A stretch of DNA of 64,000 nucleotides from an uncultured delta proteobacterium (GTDB taxonomy: Bacteria; Desulfobacterota; BSN033; UBA1163). A program made the position numbers and the translations under genes. The notes beneath the pieces are model-generated. The model was not told the DNA's origin and ran no database searches. It saw only the letters and a list, made by a program, of their open reading frames with translations. The stretch lies in assembly GCA_963708295.1 (NCBI GenBank), contig CAVPSJ010000012.1, positions 96,001-160,000 on the forward strand, read 5' to 3'. Positions 53,548 to 64,000 of this stretch are shown here, piece after piece (position 1 is the stretch's first letter; each line of letters starts with the position of its first letter).

Positions 53548-55420
53548 ATGAAAGGCGGATACGCGGGCAAATTACTCTATGTAGATTTGACGAAAAAGAC
53601 TCTCAAAGAAGAGGCACTCTCAGAGAAATTAGCCAGAAACTTCCTCGGGGGATATGGCATTGGGGCCCGTGTTCTCTACGATAGGATGAAACCGGGGGTT
53701 GACCCACTGGGCCCAGACAACATTTTAGGTTTTATTGCCGGACCCTTGAACGGGACAGGGGCCATGTTTGGCGGCCGGTACATGGTGGTCTGCAAGTCAC
53801 CGGTCACAGGCGGGTGGAACGATGCAAACTCGGGCGGGTTTCTTGGGCCAGAGTTAAAAAGAGCTGGCTATGACGGCCTATTCATTTCCGGTGCTTCGGA
53901 TAAACCTGTCTATCTTTTTATCAAAGACGGGAAGGCTGAGATAAGAGATGCGAAAGCGCTTTGGGGAAAAGACTGCACGGAAACGGAGGAGGCCTTGGTT
54001 CGAGAAACGGGTGAAGGCAAGCTTCGGGTTGCAGTCATCGGTCCTGCAGGTGAAAAGAAGTCCCTGATGGCCTGTGTCATCAACGATAAACATCGTGCAG
54101 CAGGCCGGGGCGGCCTTGGCGCCGTGATGGGTTCGAAGAACCTCAAGGCCATTGCCGTGAGGGGTACGGGAAAAATTCCCGTGGCCGATCCTGAAAAGGT
54201 TAAAGCAATCAACACGGAAGTCTTAGCGTTCATGAAGAATGGACCTACCCTCGAACAGATCAAGCTCTTTGGCACCTATGGTACGGGCGGAATGACGGCG
54301 GGAAACGCCCTGAGCGGGGATGCCCCTGTGAAGAACTGGAACGGTGTGGGCGTTGTAGACATGGGGGAGGAATCTGCGACAAAGCTTGGAACGTTTACTT
54401 TCGATGCCAAGTACAACACAAAAAAATATGCCTGTGCCAACTGCCCTCTTGGCTGCGGAGCCCATTACAAGGTGGATGATGGAAAGTGGCCCGTGGGAGA
54501 CACGGATCGTCCGGAATATGAGACGTTGGCAGCCTTTGGAACCATGACTCTGAACGACGATGTCGAAGCAATCATCAAATGTAATGATATTTGTAATCGA
54601 TATGGTCTGGACACCATCTCCGTGGGTTGCACGGTTGCCTGGGCGATCGAATGCTATGAGAACGGGGTATTCACCCAAAAAGAGACCGAAGGAATTAAGC
54701 TGACCTGGGGAAATCCTGAAGCCATGGTGGCGATCACACAGGCGATTGCGGATCAAACGGGTTTCGGAAAGATCTTAGCCCTGGGCTCGGCAGGGGCAGC
54801 CAAGAAACTGGGAAGGGGGGCGAAATACCTCCAAACGGTGCGGGGGATTGAGGTTCCCATGCATGATCCCCGCTTTTCACCCCGATTTGCGAGGACTTAT
54901 CAGTATGACCCCACCCCCGCCCGCCACGTGAAAGGGGGGTTGGGGATACCCGATTTCCGATCCCCTGATGAAGTAAAATATAATTACGAGGGAAGAGGGG
55001 AAAAGGATGTGGGGGCCACCTGTGGTACCGAAATATTCAATACTGCCGGCCTCTGTATTTTTGGGGGATTTTGCATGCCCCCGGACGCCGCAGTCAGATA
55101 TATTGAAGCCGTGACGGGCTGGGATTTTAAAGAGAATGATGTGATTCAGACCGGGAAGCGGATTACTGAATATGCGATACGCTTTCAATCTGCGGGAGGG
55201 CCAAAAACCCAATGACGATGACAATCAGCTTCCGAAGAGATGTGTCGGAGAGCCGCCCCAGAAAGAGGGCCCGCTGAAAGGCGTCACTCTGGATCTCAAT
55301 AAGATGGCCTGCGCTTTCTTTGAAAGTATGGGCTGGGATGAAGAGACTGCGATTCCCACCCGGGAATCACTGGAAAAGCTGGGGGGAATGGAGGATGTGA
55401 TCCGGAATCTTTATCGTTAG
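53548..55420 (+). pseudogene. aor: Aldehyde:ferredoxin oxidoreductase (tungsten AOR family), one frameshift near 55165
   Basis: KSPVTGG, IGPAGE, AAGRGGLGAVMGSKNLKAI, CANCPLGC, EYET, DTIS. Confidence 0.9.
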
Positions 55421-55494
55421 TCCTTTCCTGTCGTTGGATCACGGGGGCAATTCTTCAATCGTTACATTGTGAGAAGACCCGTTTAGATAAATCT

Positions 55495-55592
55495 TGAGCA
55501 TTTCGATCATCTCCCGGCCGATCCCTCAATCTCCTTCGCTCCTGGTTCACCGATCTGTCACCCACTCGGAAAAGCTCTCCTATCTCCCGGCC
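55495..55592. repeat. 98-bp dispersed repeat, copy A
   Basis: Colinear with 62301-62398. Confidence 0.75.
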
Positions 55593-55750
55593 TCTTCCTC
55601 CCCGCGCCCAGTAACATCCAGAATACCTAACAGGTTTATCCATGCCAGGCCCGCCCCTCTTGGTGTCCCCGTCAAAATGGCACTTGAACTTTGTAGCGGC
55701 TAACCGGTCAATGTGTTATCAGAAGAAAATCCGGAGGAAAGGATCGGATC

Positions 55751-57428
55751 ATGCTGAGAAGAGACGAAGAGCCAATGGAGACAGACGTCTTGATTGCGGG
55801 GGGTGGCATCGCAGGACTGATGGCGGCCATCCGTGCAGCCGTGTCCGGGGCAAGCGTGATCGTTGCTGAAAAGGCCAATACAAAAAGGAGCGGCTGCGGC
55901 GCGACCGGAAATGACCACTTCCTGTGCTATCTCCCGGAAGTACACGGCAAGGACATGGCGCCCATACTCCGGGAGTATCAAGAACAGCCAGGTCGGCGGC
56001 TTCTCGGATACTTCCTTGGCTGTCCGATTCCTCGAACAGTCCTTCGACCGGGTAAAGGCCTGGGACAGCTGGGGCATCTCCATGAGACCCAAAGGGCACT
56101 GGGACTTTTCCGGCCACGCCTTTCCGGGACGCCCGCGCATCTGGCTCAAATATGCCGGTCACAATCAAAAATCGGTCTTGACCCGGCAAGCAAAGAAACA
56201 AGGGGTTCGCATCGAGAACCATCTGATGATCACGGAGGTCATCACGGAGGAGGGTGAAGTCATCGGCGCCATCGCTCTCGGCATAAAGGAAGAGACCCCT
56301 GTGATCAAAGTCATCCGGGCAAAGTCTGTTATTCTAACGACCGGATGCGGAAGCAGGCTCTATCCTGCGGTATCGCCCGGGCTGATGTTCAACACGGCCA
56401 ATTGTCCGGTTTGTACGGGAAGCGGGCAGGCCATGGCCTATCATTCAGGGGCGAAGCTGACGAACATGGAGTTCCCTCAGCGGCATGCAGGGCCCAAATA
56501 TTTTGCCCGATGCGGCAAGGCCACATGGATCGGACTTTACAAAGACCCCCATGGCAAACGGGTGGGTCCCTTTGTCAAAAAGGCAACCCGGGAGCTGGGC
56601 GACATTACGGGCGATGTCTGGAACTCTGTGTTCACGGATAAATTCAGGTCCGGAGAAGGGCCCGTCTACATGGACTGCAGCGGCACTTCTCAGGAAGACT
56701 TCGATTACATGATGTGGGGCCTGGTCGAGGAAGGGAATACGGCGCTCCTCAACTATATGGCGGAAGAAGGCATCGATGTCAGGAATCATCAGGTCGAGTT
56801 TATGCAGTACGAGCCTTTTCTCGTGGGCCGTGGAATTGAGATCGATTTAAATGCCGGAACCAGCGTCCCGGGACTCTTTGCGGCCGGAGACCCGGTGGGA
56901 AATTTCCGCGCCGATATTGCCGGGGCCGCGACCTTCGGCTGGATTGCAGGAGGAAGTGCCGCGGAGAGAGCCAAAAGGATCTCAGGTTTTAAGAAGGCTG
57001 AAAAGGATCGCCTTGTCGCTAGTGAAGAACGAGTCGATTTTTACTCCCAAATCATGGGGAGGCAAACCGGTCCTGACTGGAAAGAAGCGAATCTGGCCCT
57101 GCAGCAGATCATGCAGGATTACGCCGGGGTTGACGTCAGGTCCGAAACGCTTCTCAGAGCAGGTTTAAAATATCTGACAGACCTGAAAGACAAGGCGCAG
57201 ACCCGTATCACCGCAGACCATTCCCATACGCTGATGAGATGTCTGGAAGTCCTCGACCTGATTCAATGCGGAGAGATCGTTTTCCTGGCGGCCCTCGAAA
57301 GAAAAGAGACCCGCGGGATGCATCGACGCTCGGATTTCCCTTTCACGAATCCTCTGTTGCAGGATAAATTTCTCACCCTCTGGCAGGAGAATGGGCAAGT
57401 GAAAATGGCCTGGCGGGATAAGCGTTAA
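55751..57428 (+). pseudogene. AprA/SdhA-family FAD oxidoreductase, one frameshift near 55980
   Basis: DVLIAGGGIAG, EKANTKRSG, TSVPGLFAAGD, RKETRGMHRRSDFP. Confidence 0.85.
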
Positions 57429-57504
57429 TCGCGTACAGGTGCCCCCCCTGTCTTTCCCTGCAAACGGATTTGCCGAATGTTGGCGGCTCAAATCCGCCCG
57501 TCTA

Positions 57505-57825
57505 TCAAGATCGTATCATGGTAAGAATCATTTTGAATCGCGTGATTGCCTTCAATGCGTGTGGATCGTTGGCAGGCATGATCACCATCTCGCCCCCTTT
57601 TAAGCGAAAGGGTTTACCCGAAATGACAATTTCTGCTTCACCCTCAAGAAGATAGACCAAGGCGTCAAAGGGTGCCGTATGTTCGCTCAGCCCTTGTCCT
57701 TTATCAAAAGCGAAAAAGGTGACCGTCCCTGTCTTCTTGTCAAGGATCGTTCGACTTACAACAGAACCTTCTTGATAGTCCGCCAGATCAACTAACGTGA
57801 TTGTCTGTATTCCGCTTTTTTCCAT
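57505..57825 (-). CDS. Cupin domain protein
   Basis: FAFDKGQGLSEHTAP, MPANDPHAL. Confidence 0.88.
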   Translation of the reverse strand: MEKSGIQTITLVDLADYQEGSVVSRTILDKKTGTVTFFAFDKGQGLSEHTAPFDALVYLLEGEAEIVISGKPFRLKGGEMVIMPANDPHALKAITRFKMILTMIRS

Positions 57826-57991
57826 GTCTCCCCTCTCCTTCTTTCATTTTTCAATCTTCTGCTCCTCTGCAACGTCGCCCTTCCACGAAGGGGCTCGTTT
57901 TCTCGGCTGAGCCGTTATCGGTAACCTCCCTATCAAGAAATGCCGCATCTGTCAATCAATGGATGAGGAAACTGAACCAATTTAGTCGAAC

Positions 57992-58750
57992 CTAACTCCC
58001 CCCTGATCTTTCCCTTACATAAGGGCTCCGGAGTTTGATCGGCTGTGTCTCCTTCTTCCGAATTCGGAGATTGATCATCTCTACAAAGACGGAAAAGGCC
58101 ATGGCAAAGTAGATATACCCTTTGGGGATATGGAGTCCGAGGCCATCTGCAACCAGCGTCATCCCAATCAATAAGAGAAAGCTCAGGGCAAGCACCTTAA
58201 TGGTGGGGTGTTTTTCAACAAATCCGCTGATACTGCCGGATGCGAACATCATGAAGATCACCGCGATGACCACAGCCAAGACCATAATGATCAATTGATT
58301 GGCCATGCCAATGGCCGTGATAACCGAATCGAGGGAAAAGATGATATCGAGGAGCATGATCTGGATGAGAACTCCTGCAAAAGAAGAAGCCGTGCGTTCA
58401 GAGATGTGGCCCTCTTTTCCTTCGAGCTTGTCGTGGATCTCAAGGGTGCTTTTGGTTAATAGAAAGAGACCCCCGACAATGAGTATGATATCCCTTCCCG
58501 AAATGCCATGGCCTAAGACGGTGAAGAAGGGCTGGGTCAGCCTCATGATCCAGGTCAGAGAAAAGAGAAGCAGGACCCGGGAGATCATGGCCAACCCGAG
58601 ACCGATGATCCGGGCCTTCGGCTGTTTATCGGGCGGGAGTTTCCCTGCCAGGATCGAGATGAAGATGATGTTATCGATACCGAGGACGATCTCAAGGCCG
58701 GTCAGGGTCGCTAACGCCACCCATGCATGGGGTTCGGCCATCCAATGCAT
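57992..58750 (-). CDS. TerC family membrane protein
   Basis: LEIVLGIDN, DIIFSLDSVITA, PKGYIYFAMAFS. Confidence 0.93.
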   Translation of the reverse strand: MHWMAEPHAWVALATLTGLEIVLGIDNIIFISILAGKLPPDKQPKARIIGLGLAMISRVLLLFSLTWIMRLTQPFFTVLGHGISGRDIILIVGGLFLLTKSTLEIHDKLEGKEGHISERTASSFAGVLIQIMLLDIIFSLDSVITAIGMANQLIIMVLAVVIAVIFMMFASGSISGFVEKHPTIKVLALSFLLLIGMTLVADGLGLHIPKGYIYFAMAFSVFVEMINLRIRKKETQPIKLRSPYVRERSGGS

Positions 58751-58799
58751 TGATCTTTCCTCCTCATCCTTTTCGCTGGTTCAAAGGATCCTTAAAATA

Positions 58800-59948
58800 T
58801 CATCTTGTTTTTCCCACGAGAAAATAGAAATAAATGAGATTGAGGATGCCCATAAAAGCTAAACAGAGAAACATGATTGAATAGCTTGTCGATTGGATGA
58901 CGATGCCCATCATCACCGGCCCCAGGCTCATTCCGAGATCCGTGAGCGCTTGGAAGGTTCCCATCGTCGGACCTGGAGCCCCCCCACGATCAAGCGCACA
59001 GGCCATTAAGGCGGGAATGAGAAAAGCAGGCCCTATCCCGTAGATCACTGCAACGAGAATAAACATGAATAACGTTTTGGAAAAAGCGAGCAGTATCATT
59101 CCGAGGATATAAGGAGTAATGCAAACCAGGATGATTCTTTCTCTGCGATAAAGATCCAATATCCTCCCGCCGAAAACACGACTCAAAATTAGCGTCGCGG
59201 CAACCGTGCTGAAGAACAGCCCGGGATTGGTCACCCCATGACGGATTGCATAAAGGGGGAAAAAGGTGGTTAACGCTCCCCAGACGAAGAAAGGGGAGAA
59301 AGCAATGATGGACGGTGGAAGAGATCTCCGGCTGAGAAAGAAACCGTCCTCGACGGAGGATTCCTGCACTGGAACGACGGGTCCCCTTCCCAATTGATGA
59401 GTAATGACCAGTGAGCATAACGATAAACCCAGGCAGACCAGGAAGAGGAAGATGAAACCAAAGCGGTTGATGAGGAACATGGCCATGGGAGGAGCTAATG
59501 CGCCGGAGGTCGTGAAGGCCAGGATAAAATAGCTGAGACTTTGTCCCATATGCGCCCCGGCGCTGATTTTCGCGATCAAGGTAAACGAGGCGGTCGTGAA
59601 GAGTGCGAATCCAATTCCTTGTAAGACGCTCACGATCAAAAAAGGCCAAAAAGGGGGAGCGAAAATATAAGCGATGGAAGCGGAGGCAAAAAAGAGGGCC
59701 CCGATGATCATAAAGCGTTTTTCCGGAATTTTGAGAAGGGCTCTTCCGACAAAGAGTCTGAGGACCAACGAAGCGACAGCCGAGCTTCCGATCAGGACGC
59801 CAATCTCTACTTCTTTAGAACCCAATCTGGAAAGATAGATCGGGAGAGTAGGAAGGAGGCTAAAAATAACGAAGGTGAAGGTGAATTGTGCGAAGAAACA
59901 AAGAATGAAATCACGGATCAATATCTTTCGTATCGTTTCTGTTGGCAT
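58800..59948 (-). CDS. MFS transporter
   Basis: About 12 TM in two halves; GGRILDLYRR motif-A-like. Confidence 0.85.
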   Translation of the reverse strand: MPTETIRKILIRDFILCFFAQFTFTFVIFSLLPTLPIYLSRLGSKEVEIGVLIGSSAVASLVLRLFVGRALLKIPEKRFMIIGALFFASASIAYIFAPPFWPFLIVSVLQGIGFALFTTASFTLIAKISAGAHMGQSLSYFILAFTTSGALAPPMAMFLINRFGFIFLFLVCLGLSLCSLVITHQLGRGPVVPVQESSVEDGFFLSRRSLPPSIIAFSPFFVWGALTTFFPLYAIRHGVTNPGLFFSTVAATLILSRVFGGRILDLYRRERIILVCITPYILGMILLAFSKTLFMFILVAVIYGIGPAFLIPALMACALDRGGAPGPTMGTFQALTDLGMSLGPVMMGIVIQSTSYSIMFLCLAFMGILNLIYFYFLVGKTR

Positions 59949-59994
59949 CTCTTACTTGCAGTATCGCAACCCTGCCCCGGAAGCTGTTTTTGAA

Positions 59995-60373
59995 TCAGGC
60001 AGCGTCTTTGAAAGTACGATACGGCTGTATTAAAACCTCTGCGGGAATACCGAGTCCTTTATGGAGATTGCGGATCATCTCCATGGTAAGGGGTCTTTTC
60101 CTGTTCAAAACCTCCGACACCCTGGCACGGCTGCCGATGTAACGTTCAAGATCGCGGCGGGTAAGTCCCCTGGTCTCGATGTAATATAAGATCGCCTCAA
60201 TCGGATCGGGCAATGGAATACGGAACGTGTTTTTCTTCATAGGCTTCGACAAGGGTTGTCAATACCTCGAGTCGGTCTCCTTCCCGTGTTCCGGGAGCGG
60301 CATCAAAGATGCGCTCGATTTCTTTAAGAGCCGCATGATAATCTGCCTCTGTTTTTATGGGTTTGATTCTCAT
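59995..60373 (-). pseudogene. higA: HigA-type antitoxin (HTH), frameshifted
   Basis: MRIKPIKTEADY..., PDPIEAI, SEVLNRKRPLT. Confidence 0.85.
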
Positions 60374-60388
60374 GGTGAATCCCTCCGA

Positions 60389-60682
60389 TTAAATTGTAGA
60401 TGCATCTATGCGTTCATATTCCCGATGTGTACCCACAAAACGGATATACACGATGCCGTACTCATACCGTATGGCCACGATCAGCCTATACTTGTTTCCC
60501 TTGATATTGAAAACAACTCGGTTCTTTGCGATAAAACTGGCATTGCGATAGACTTCCTTAATATCCGTCGGAGACTTCCATAAGGCGTGCTTGGTATCAT
60601 GATACCAGGCCTGCAAAGGTTGTTGCGCATCCGGATGTTGGTCCCAAAATTCTTTAAGGGTCTTCCGGGAGATGATACGCAT
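60389..60682 (-). CDS. higB: HigB family toxin
   Basis: MRIISRKTL, VFNIKGNKYRL, RFVGTHREY. Confidence 0.92.
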   Translation of the reverse strand: MRIISRKTLKEFWDQHPDAQQPLQAWYHDTKHALWKSPTDIKEVYRNASFIAKNRVVFNIKGNKYRLIVAIRYEYGIVYIRFVGTHREYERIDASTI

Positions 60683-60687
60683 GAAAC

Positions 60688-60716
60688 ATTATAATATGAT
60701 CCCATCATGGGAGCAA
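60688..60716 (-). promoter_or_regulatory. higBA promoter with palindromic operator (leaderless)
   Basis: Minus strand TTGCTC-17nt-TATAAT, 5 nt before ATG; palindrome TCCCATCATGGGA at 60700-60712. Confidence 0.65.
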
Positions 60717-60950
60717 GCACTTTTTCTTTCCTTCTTCTTCCAGCAGTATCCAGATGAGATTGACCAGAGACGCAGAATCCTCACCCTTCCCCCCCTGAAC
60801 CGGCCTTGCCATTTCAGGGCTTCCGCATATTCTTATATCGCTTGTCAACGATGAGGATTGACCCCATTGACCCGGTTTTCAATAAATCCTTGGATTCACT
60901 CGTAAAGTAGGGTATGCTGAGAATCTGGACGACCGGGAAGGAATCGGTAA

Positions 60951-61072
60951 ACCCCGTTAGAAAGTCTTCTACTTTCTAACGGGAAGGCTCGCACGGGGCT
61001 TTAAACCCCGTGTTCGGTCTAAAAGGAATAGTTTTCATCCCCGCTGCAAGGAGCGGGGCTTTCTAACGGGGT
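60951..61072. mobile_element. 122-bp MITE-like element with perfect 14-bp terminal inverted repeats
   Basis: ACCCCGTTAGAAAG ... CTTTCTAACGGGGT; three internal hairpins. Confidence 0.65.
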
Positions 61073-61079
61073 AAAGAGG

Positions 61080-62285
61080 ATGGATGGAGATACATTTCCC
61101 CATGAATGGATCGAGACTCTTCCGCGTCTGGAAGAGGCTGCCCGGATTCTGGGTCAGGCCAAAATCATTGGGGTTGACCTGGAAGCGGACTCCATGTACC
61201 ACTACTTCGAAAAGGTGTGCCTCCTGCAGATCGCTACGGAATCCGCCTCTTATGTCATGGATCCTTTGGCGCTAAGGGATCTTTCCGCTTTACACCCGGT
61301 TTTCTCCAATCCCCGCATTCGCAAGGTATTCCACGGGGCGGATTATGATATCCGTTCCCTGTACCGGGACTTTCGGATCGAGGTCGAGAACCTCTTCGAT
61401 ACGCAGTTGGCCTGCAAATTTCTGGGTCTCCGGGAGACCGGTCTGGAAGCGTTGCTGCGAAGCCGGTTCCATGTCGAGCTGAATAAGAAATATCAGCGGG
61501 CCGATTGGTCCCAAAGACCCCTTTCCCCGGAGATGGTGGATTACGCGGCGATGGACGGCAGGTACCTGATTCCCCTGGCCCGTATGCTGGAAAAGGAACT
61601 GGAAGAGAAGGGCCGGTTATCCTGGGTGGAGGAAGAATGCCTATTTCTGAGGAAGGTTCGATTCATGCGCCCCAGTCATGCCCCGCTTTACCTGAGAGTG
61701 AAAGGGGCTTTTCTCCTGGATCCCAGGAGTCTTGCGGTTCTGGAGGCTTTGCTGGAATTTCGAGAGGCCCAGGCCCAAAAGGCGGATCTTCCCCCCTTCA
61801 AGGTGCTCGGCAACGAACCCCTCCTGGAATTAGCTATGAAAAAACCTTTGAGCCTGGAAGAATTGGAAACAGAGAAAGTCCTGAGCCGGAAGCAAATCGA
61901 CAGATATGGGACAAACCTGCTGCAGGAAATTCACCGGGCCATGGCCCTTCCCGATGAAAATCTCCCGGTGTACCCCCGTGAAGCAAGGCCGGAGTTGTCA
62001 TGGCCGGTACGCCAAAGGGTCAAAGCGCTAAAAACATGGCGGGATATGCGGGCAAAAACGTTGGGGATGGAGCCTGGAATCCTTTTGAATAACGCCCTGA
62101 TCAATGACCTGGCTTTGAAAAACCCCCGGTCGATGAAAGAGATGGAATCGATTCCGGGCTTGAAAAAATGGCGGCAAAATCATTTCGGCCGGGAGATTCT
62201 GACTGTTCAAAAGACTCCGACTGCGCGGGCTGTTGCTCAAAAACCCAATTCAAAAATATCTGAACGTGTGAGTTTCGATGAATGA
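61080..62285 (+). CDS. rnd: Ribonuclease D (DEDDy + two HRDC)
   Basis: GVDLEAD, LLQIAT, HGADYD, FDTQLA, DWSQRPL, YAAMD. Confidence 0.92.
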   Translation: MDGDTFPHEWIETLPRLEEAARILGQAKIIGVDLEADSMYHYFEKVCLLQIATESASYVMDPLALRDLSALHPVFSNPRIRKVFHGADYDIRSLYRDFRIEVENLFDTQLACKFLGLRETGLEALLRSRFHVELNKKYQRADWSQRPLSPEMVDYAAMDGRYLIPLARMLEKELEEKGRLSWVEEECLFLRKVRFMRPSHAPLYLRVKGAFLLDPRSLAVLEALLEFREAQAQKADLPPFKVLGNEPLLELAMKKPLSLEELETEKVLSRKQIDRYGTNLLQEIHRAMALPDENLPVYPREARPELSWPVRQRVKALKTWRDMRAKTLGMEPGILLNNALINDLALKNPRSMKEMESIPGLKKWRQNHFGREILTVQKTPTARAVAQKPNSKISERVSFDE

Positions 62286-62300
62286 TGGAGAGGAGGTTTC

Positions 62301-62398
62301 TGAGCATTCCAATCATTACTTCGCCGAATCCTCAATCTCCTTCACTCCTGGTTCACCGTTTTGTCACCTACTCGGAAAAGCTCTCCTCATTCCCGGCC
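62301..62398. repeat. 98-bp dispersed repeat, copy B
   Basis: Colinear with 55495-55592. Confidence 0.75.
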
Positions 62399-62566
62399 CT
62401 TTAGGATGCCTTGTGAAGAGTGTAGCACTGACACCGGTGACCTTCTCGACCGCCCCACCCTATCCCGCCCATACGGCTCATGGAAGAGAACGCCATCCCA
62501 AGGGGGGCCGACGAAATCGGGCCCCCTCGGGAATGAGCGTGAAAACCCGGCATGTTTGCATCGTCT

Positions 62567-63485
62567 CTACACGAGCCGAGTGACGTCCTCGGCAACTTTG
62601 GGATAGCCCTGGTGCATGAGAACATCGTGCCCAGGAAAGATCAGATCGATGGCGGCTTTCGACTTCACCTTATCAAAGCTCTGTATCCAAGCGGGCATGT
62701 CCATGATGAAAACGCTCGGATTGTCTTCCCGATAGCCCCGAAAGACGTGGGCGCAGTCCGAACCCACGACCGCCGGCCCCTTGGCGGTGTTCACCCGGAC
62801 CACCTGCAGGCCCAGGGTGTGGCCGGGGGCGAGGAGGAGGTCTATCCCGGGCGCCAGGTTGACGTCACCGTCCACGATCACCAGGCGATCGGACCGCTCC
62901 AGATCGCCTACGATCTTGTTCGCCGTCGGATCAAAGATGACCACGACGGGTTTCCGCTGGGCACACGGGGTTCTTCACGCAGAAGTCGAACTCCCGCTTC
63001 TGGACGTAGAACTTGGCCTTCGGGAAGGCCCGAAGGTATCCCTCGATGTTGCCCACGTGATCCCAGTGCATGTGCGTGATGACCACCTTGCTCACGCTGT
63101 CCGCGGTGGCCCCGATGCGCGCCACCACGTCGATCGGATCCACGAACCCGGGGACTTTCCGCGCGGCCCCCTGAGCGGGGCTGGGGCCGGTATCCACCAG
63201 GGTGATCTCGCCGCCCTTCGCCTTGATGGCCCAGACATAGTAATTAATCGGGCCGTCCTCGTCCCAGCCGACGTTCCACAAGACGATGGCCACCTTGCGG
63301 ACGAGCGGACCGCCGTACTTCGCGGCGTAGATCTCGTACTCCGGCTCCGGCCCGGCCGCCTCGGCGAAGGGCTGGCGCCTGTTCAACCCTTTCGAGGCCG
63401 CCTCTAGGAGGACCGCCGCCCCCACCACCGTGGTCCCGGTCTTCAAGGACTTCTTCAAGAAATCTCGTCGGTTTAATGCAGCCAT
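62567..63485 (-). pseudogene. Tat-exported metallo-beta-lactamase-fold N-acyl homoserine lactonase-like protein (one frameshift)
   Basis: NRRDFLKK, LVDTG, THMHWDHVG, APGHTLG, GSD, PGHD. Confidence 0.82.
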
Positions 63486-63572
63486 TTTCTCCTCCCTTCG
63501 TGGTTGAAATGATAAGAACTCTCTTCAGGAGCAACAGCCCGTCAAGACCTGACACGGACTCCTCTTATTAAA

Positions 63573-64000
63573 TTAGGCCACACCCCGTCCCTGCGCCTTC
63601 AATTGTCCGGGTTTCAGGATCGCATAAGCAAGCCTCATGACAGGTGTGGATACGCCCAACTCCATTCCTAATTGCACAAGGATGCCGACCATCGATTCCA
63701 GCTCGCATCTTCGCCCCGCTTCAACATCACGCTGCATGGACGGCTTGAGGTTCGGCGGGCTCTCGTCGATGGAGGATAAAGTCCTTGCAACAATATCGGG
63801 TGCGAGGTTCACGCCCTTGGCGCGGGCCACCGCAGCTACCTCCCCCATCGCGTCTGCCAGGACGGCGTGCGTTTCTTGCACAGATCGGTACTCCCCAATC
63901 ATGACTCTCGTCAACGTGCCCATGGCACTTATGGATGCAATGAAGACAAATTTTGTCCAAAGGATTGTGGAAATGTTTTCAACGACCTCTACGGCAGCAC
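63573..64000 (-). CDS. panE: 2-dehydropantoate 2-reductase, C-terminal part
   Basis: LWTKFVFIAS, SMQRDVEAGRRCELES; open to window edge. Confidence 0.8.
   Translation of the reverse strand, partial: AAVEVVENISTILWTKFVFIASISAMGTLTRVMIGEYRSVQETHAVLADAMGEVAAVARAKGVNLAPDIVARTLSSIDESPPNLKPSMQRDVEAGRRCELESMVGILVQLGMELGVSTPVMRLAYAILKPGQLKAQGRGVA

Noticed and set aside
55455-55643. MoaD/ThiS partner expected next to AOR
   Set aside because: Opposite strand, no C-terminal GG, overlaps the dispersed repeat
40691-57428. Selenocysteine or programmed-frameshift recoding in broken redox genes
   Set aside because: Breaks are frame changes, not in-frame TGA at Cys positions, and no consistent slippery site is seen; sequencing error is simpler
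1-64000. CRISPR array, tRNA or rRNA
   Set aside because: No regularly spaced direct repeats with unique spacers, cloverleafs or rRNA motifs seen by eye; the heptamer repeats are inverted and have no spacers

Overview
A moderate-GC bacterial chromosome segment. Gene content (DUF3786, tungsten-type AOR, AprA-like flavoprotein, stand-alone PilZ and RRM genes, A2-type oxidase) suggests a Desulfobacterota ('Deltaproteobacteria')-like anaerobe; this is inference. Main blocks: (1) housekeeping and acyl-CoA metabolism (GGQ release-factor-like, RpoD-like sigma, SDR/DUF35/thiolase/acyl-CoA dehydrogenase, argS, rpe, rnd); (2) a hyaluronan-synthase/NodC-like GT2 converging on a putative secreted TIM-barrel protein; (3) a 10-gene minus-strand operon (Zn-finger RDD, B-box-like membrane proteins, DUF4129, DUF4350, MoxR, DUF58, SpoIIM, RDD) behind a sigma-54-like promoter; (4) a respiratory cluster, sco-coxA-coxC-coxD-coxB-ctaB followed by a minimal alternative-complex-III/Qrc-like module, a biotin carboxylase-BCCP and a monoheme cytochrome c; (5) AOR, AprA-like, TerC, MFS, higBA, a Tat-exported lactonase-like protein and panE. 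Intergenic DNA holds several families of nested palindromic or MITE-like repeats, one with compensatory base changes. Many genes are broken by single-base indels concentrated in two accessory blocks, probably long-read errors. I saw no tRNA, rRNA or CRISPR array. All calls are by motif recognition only; no searches were run.
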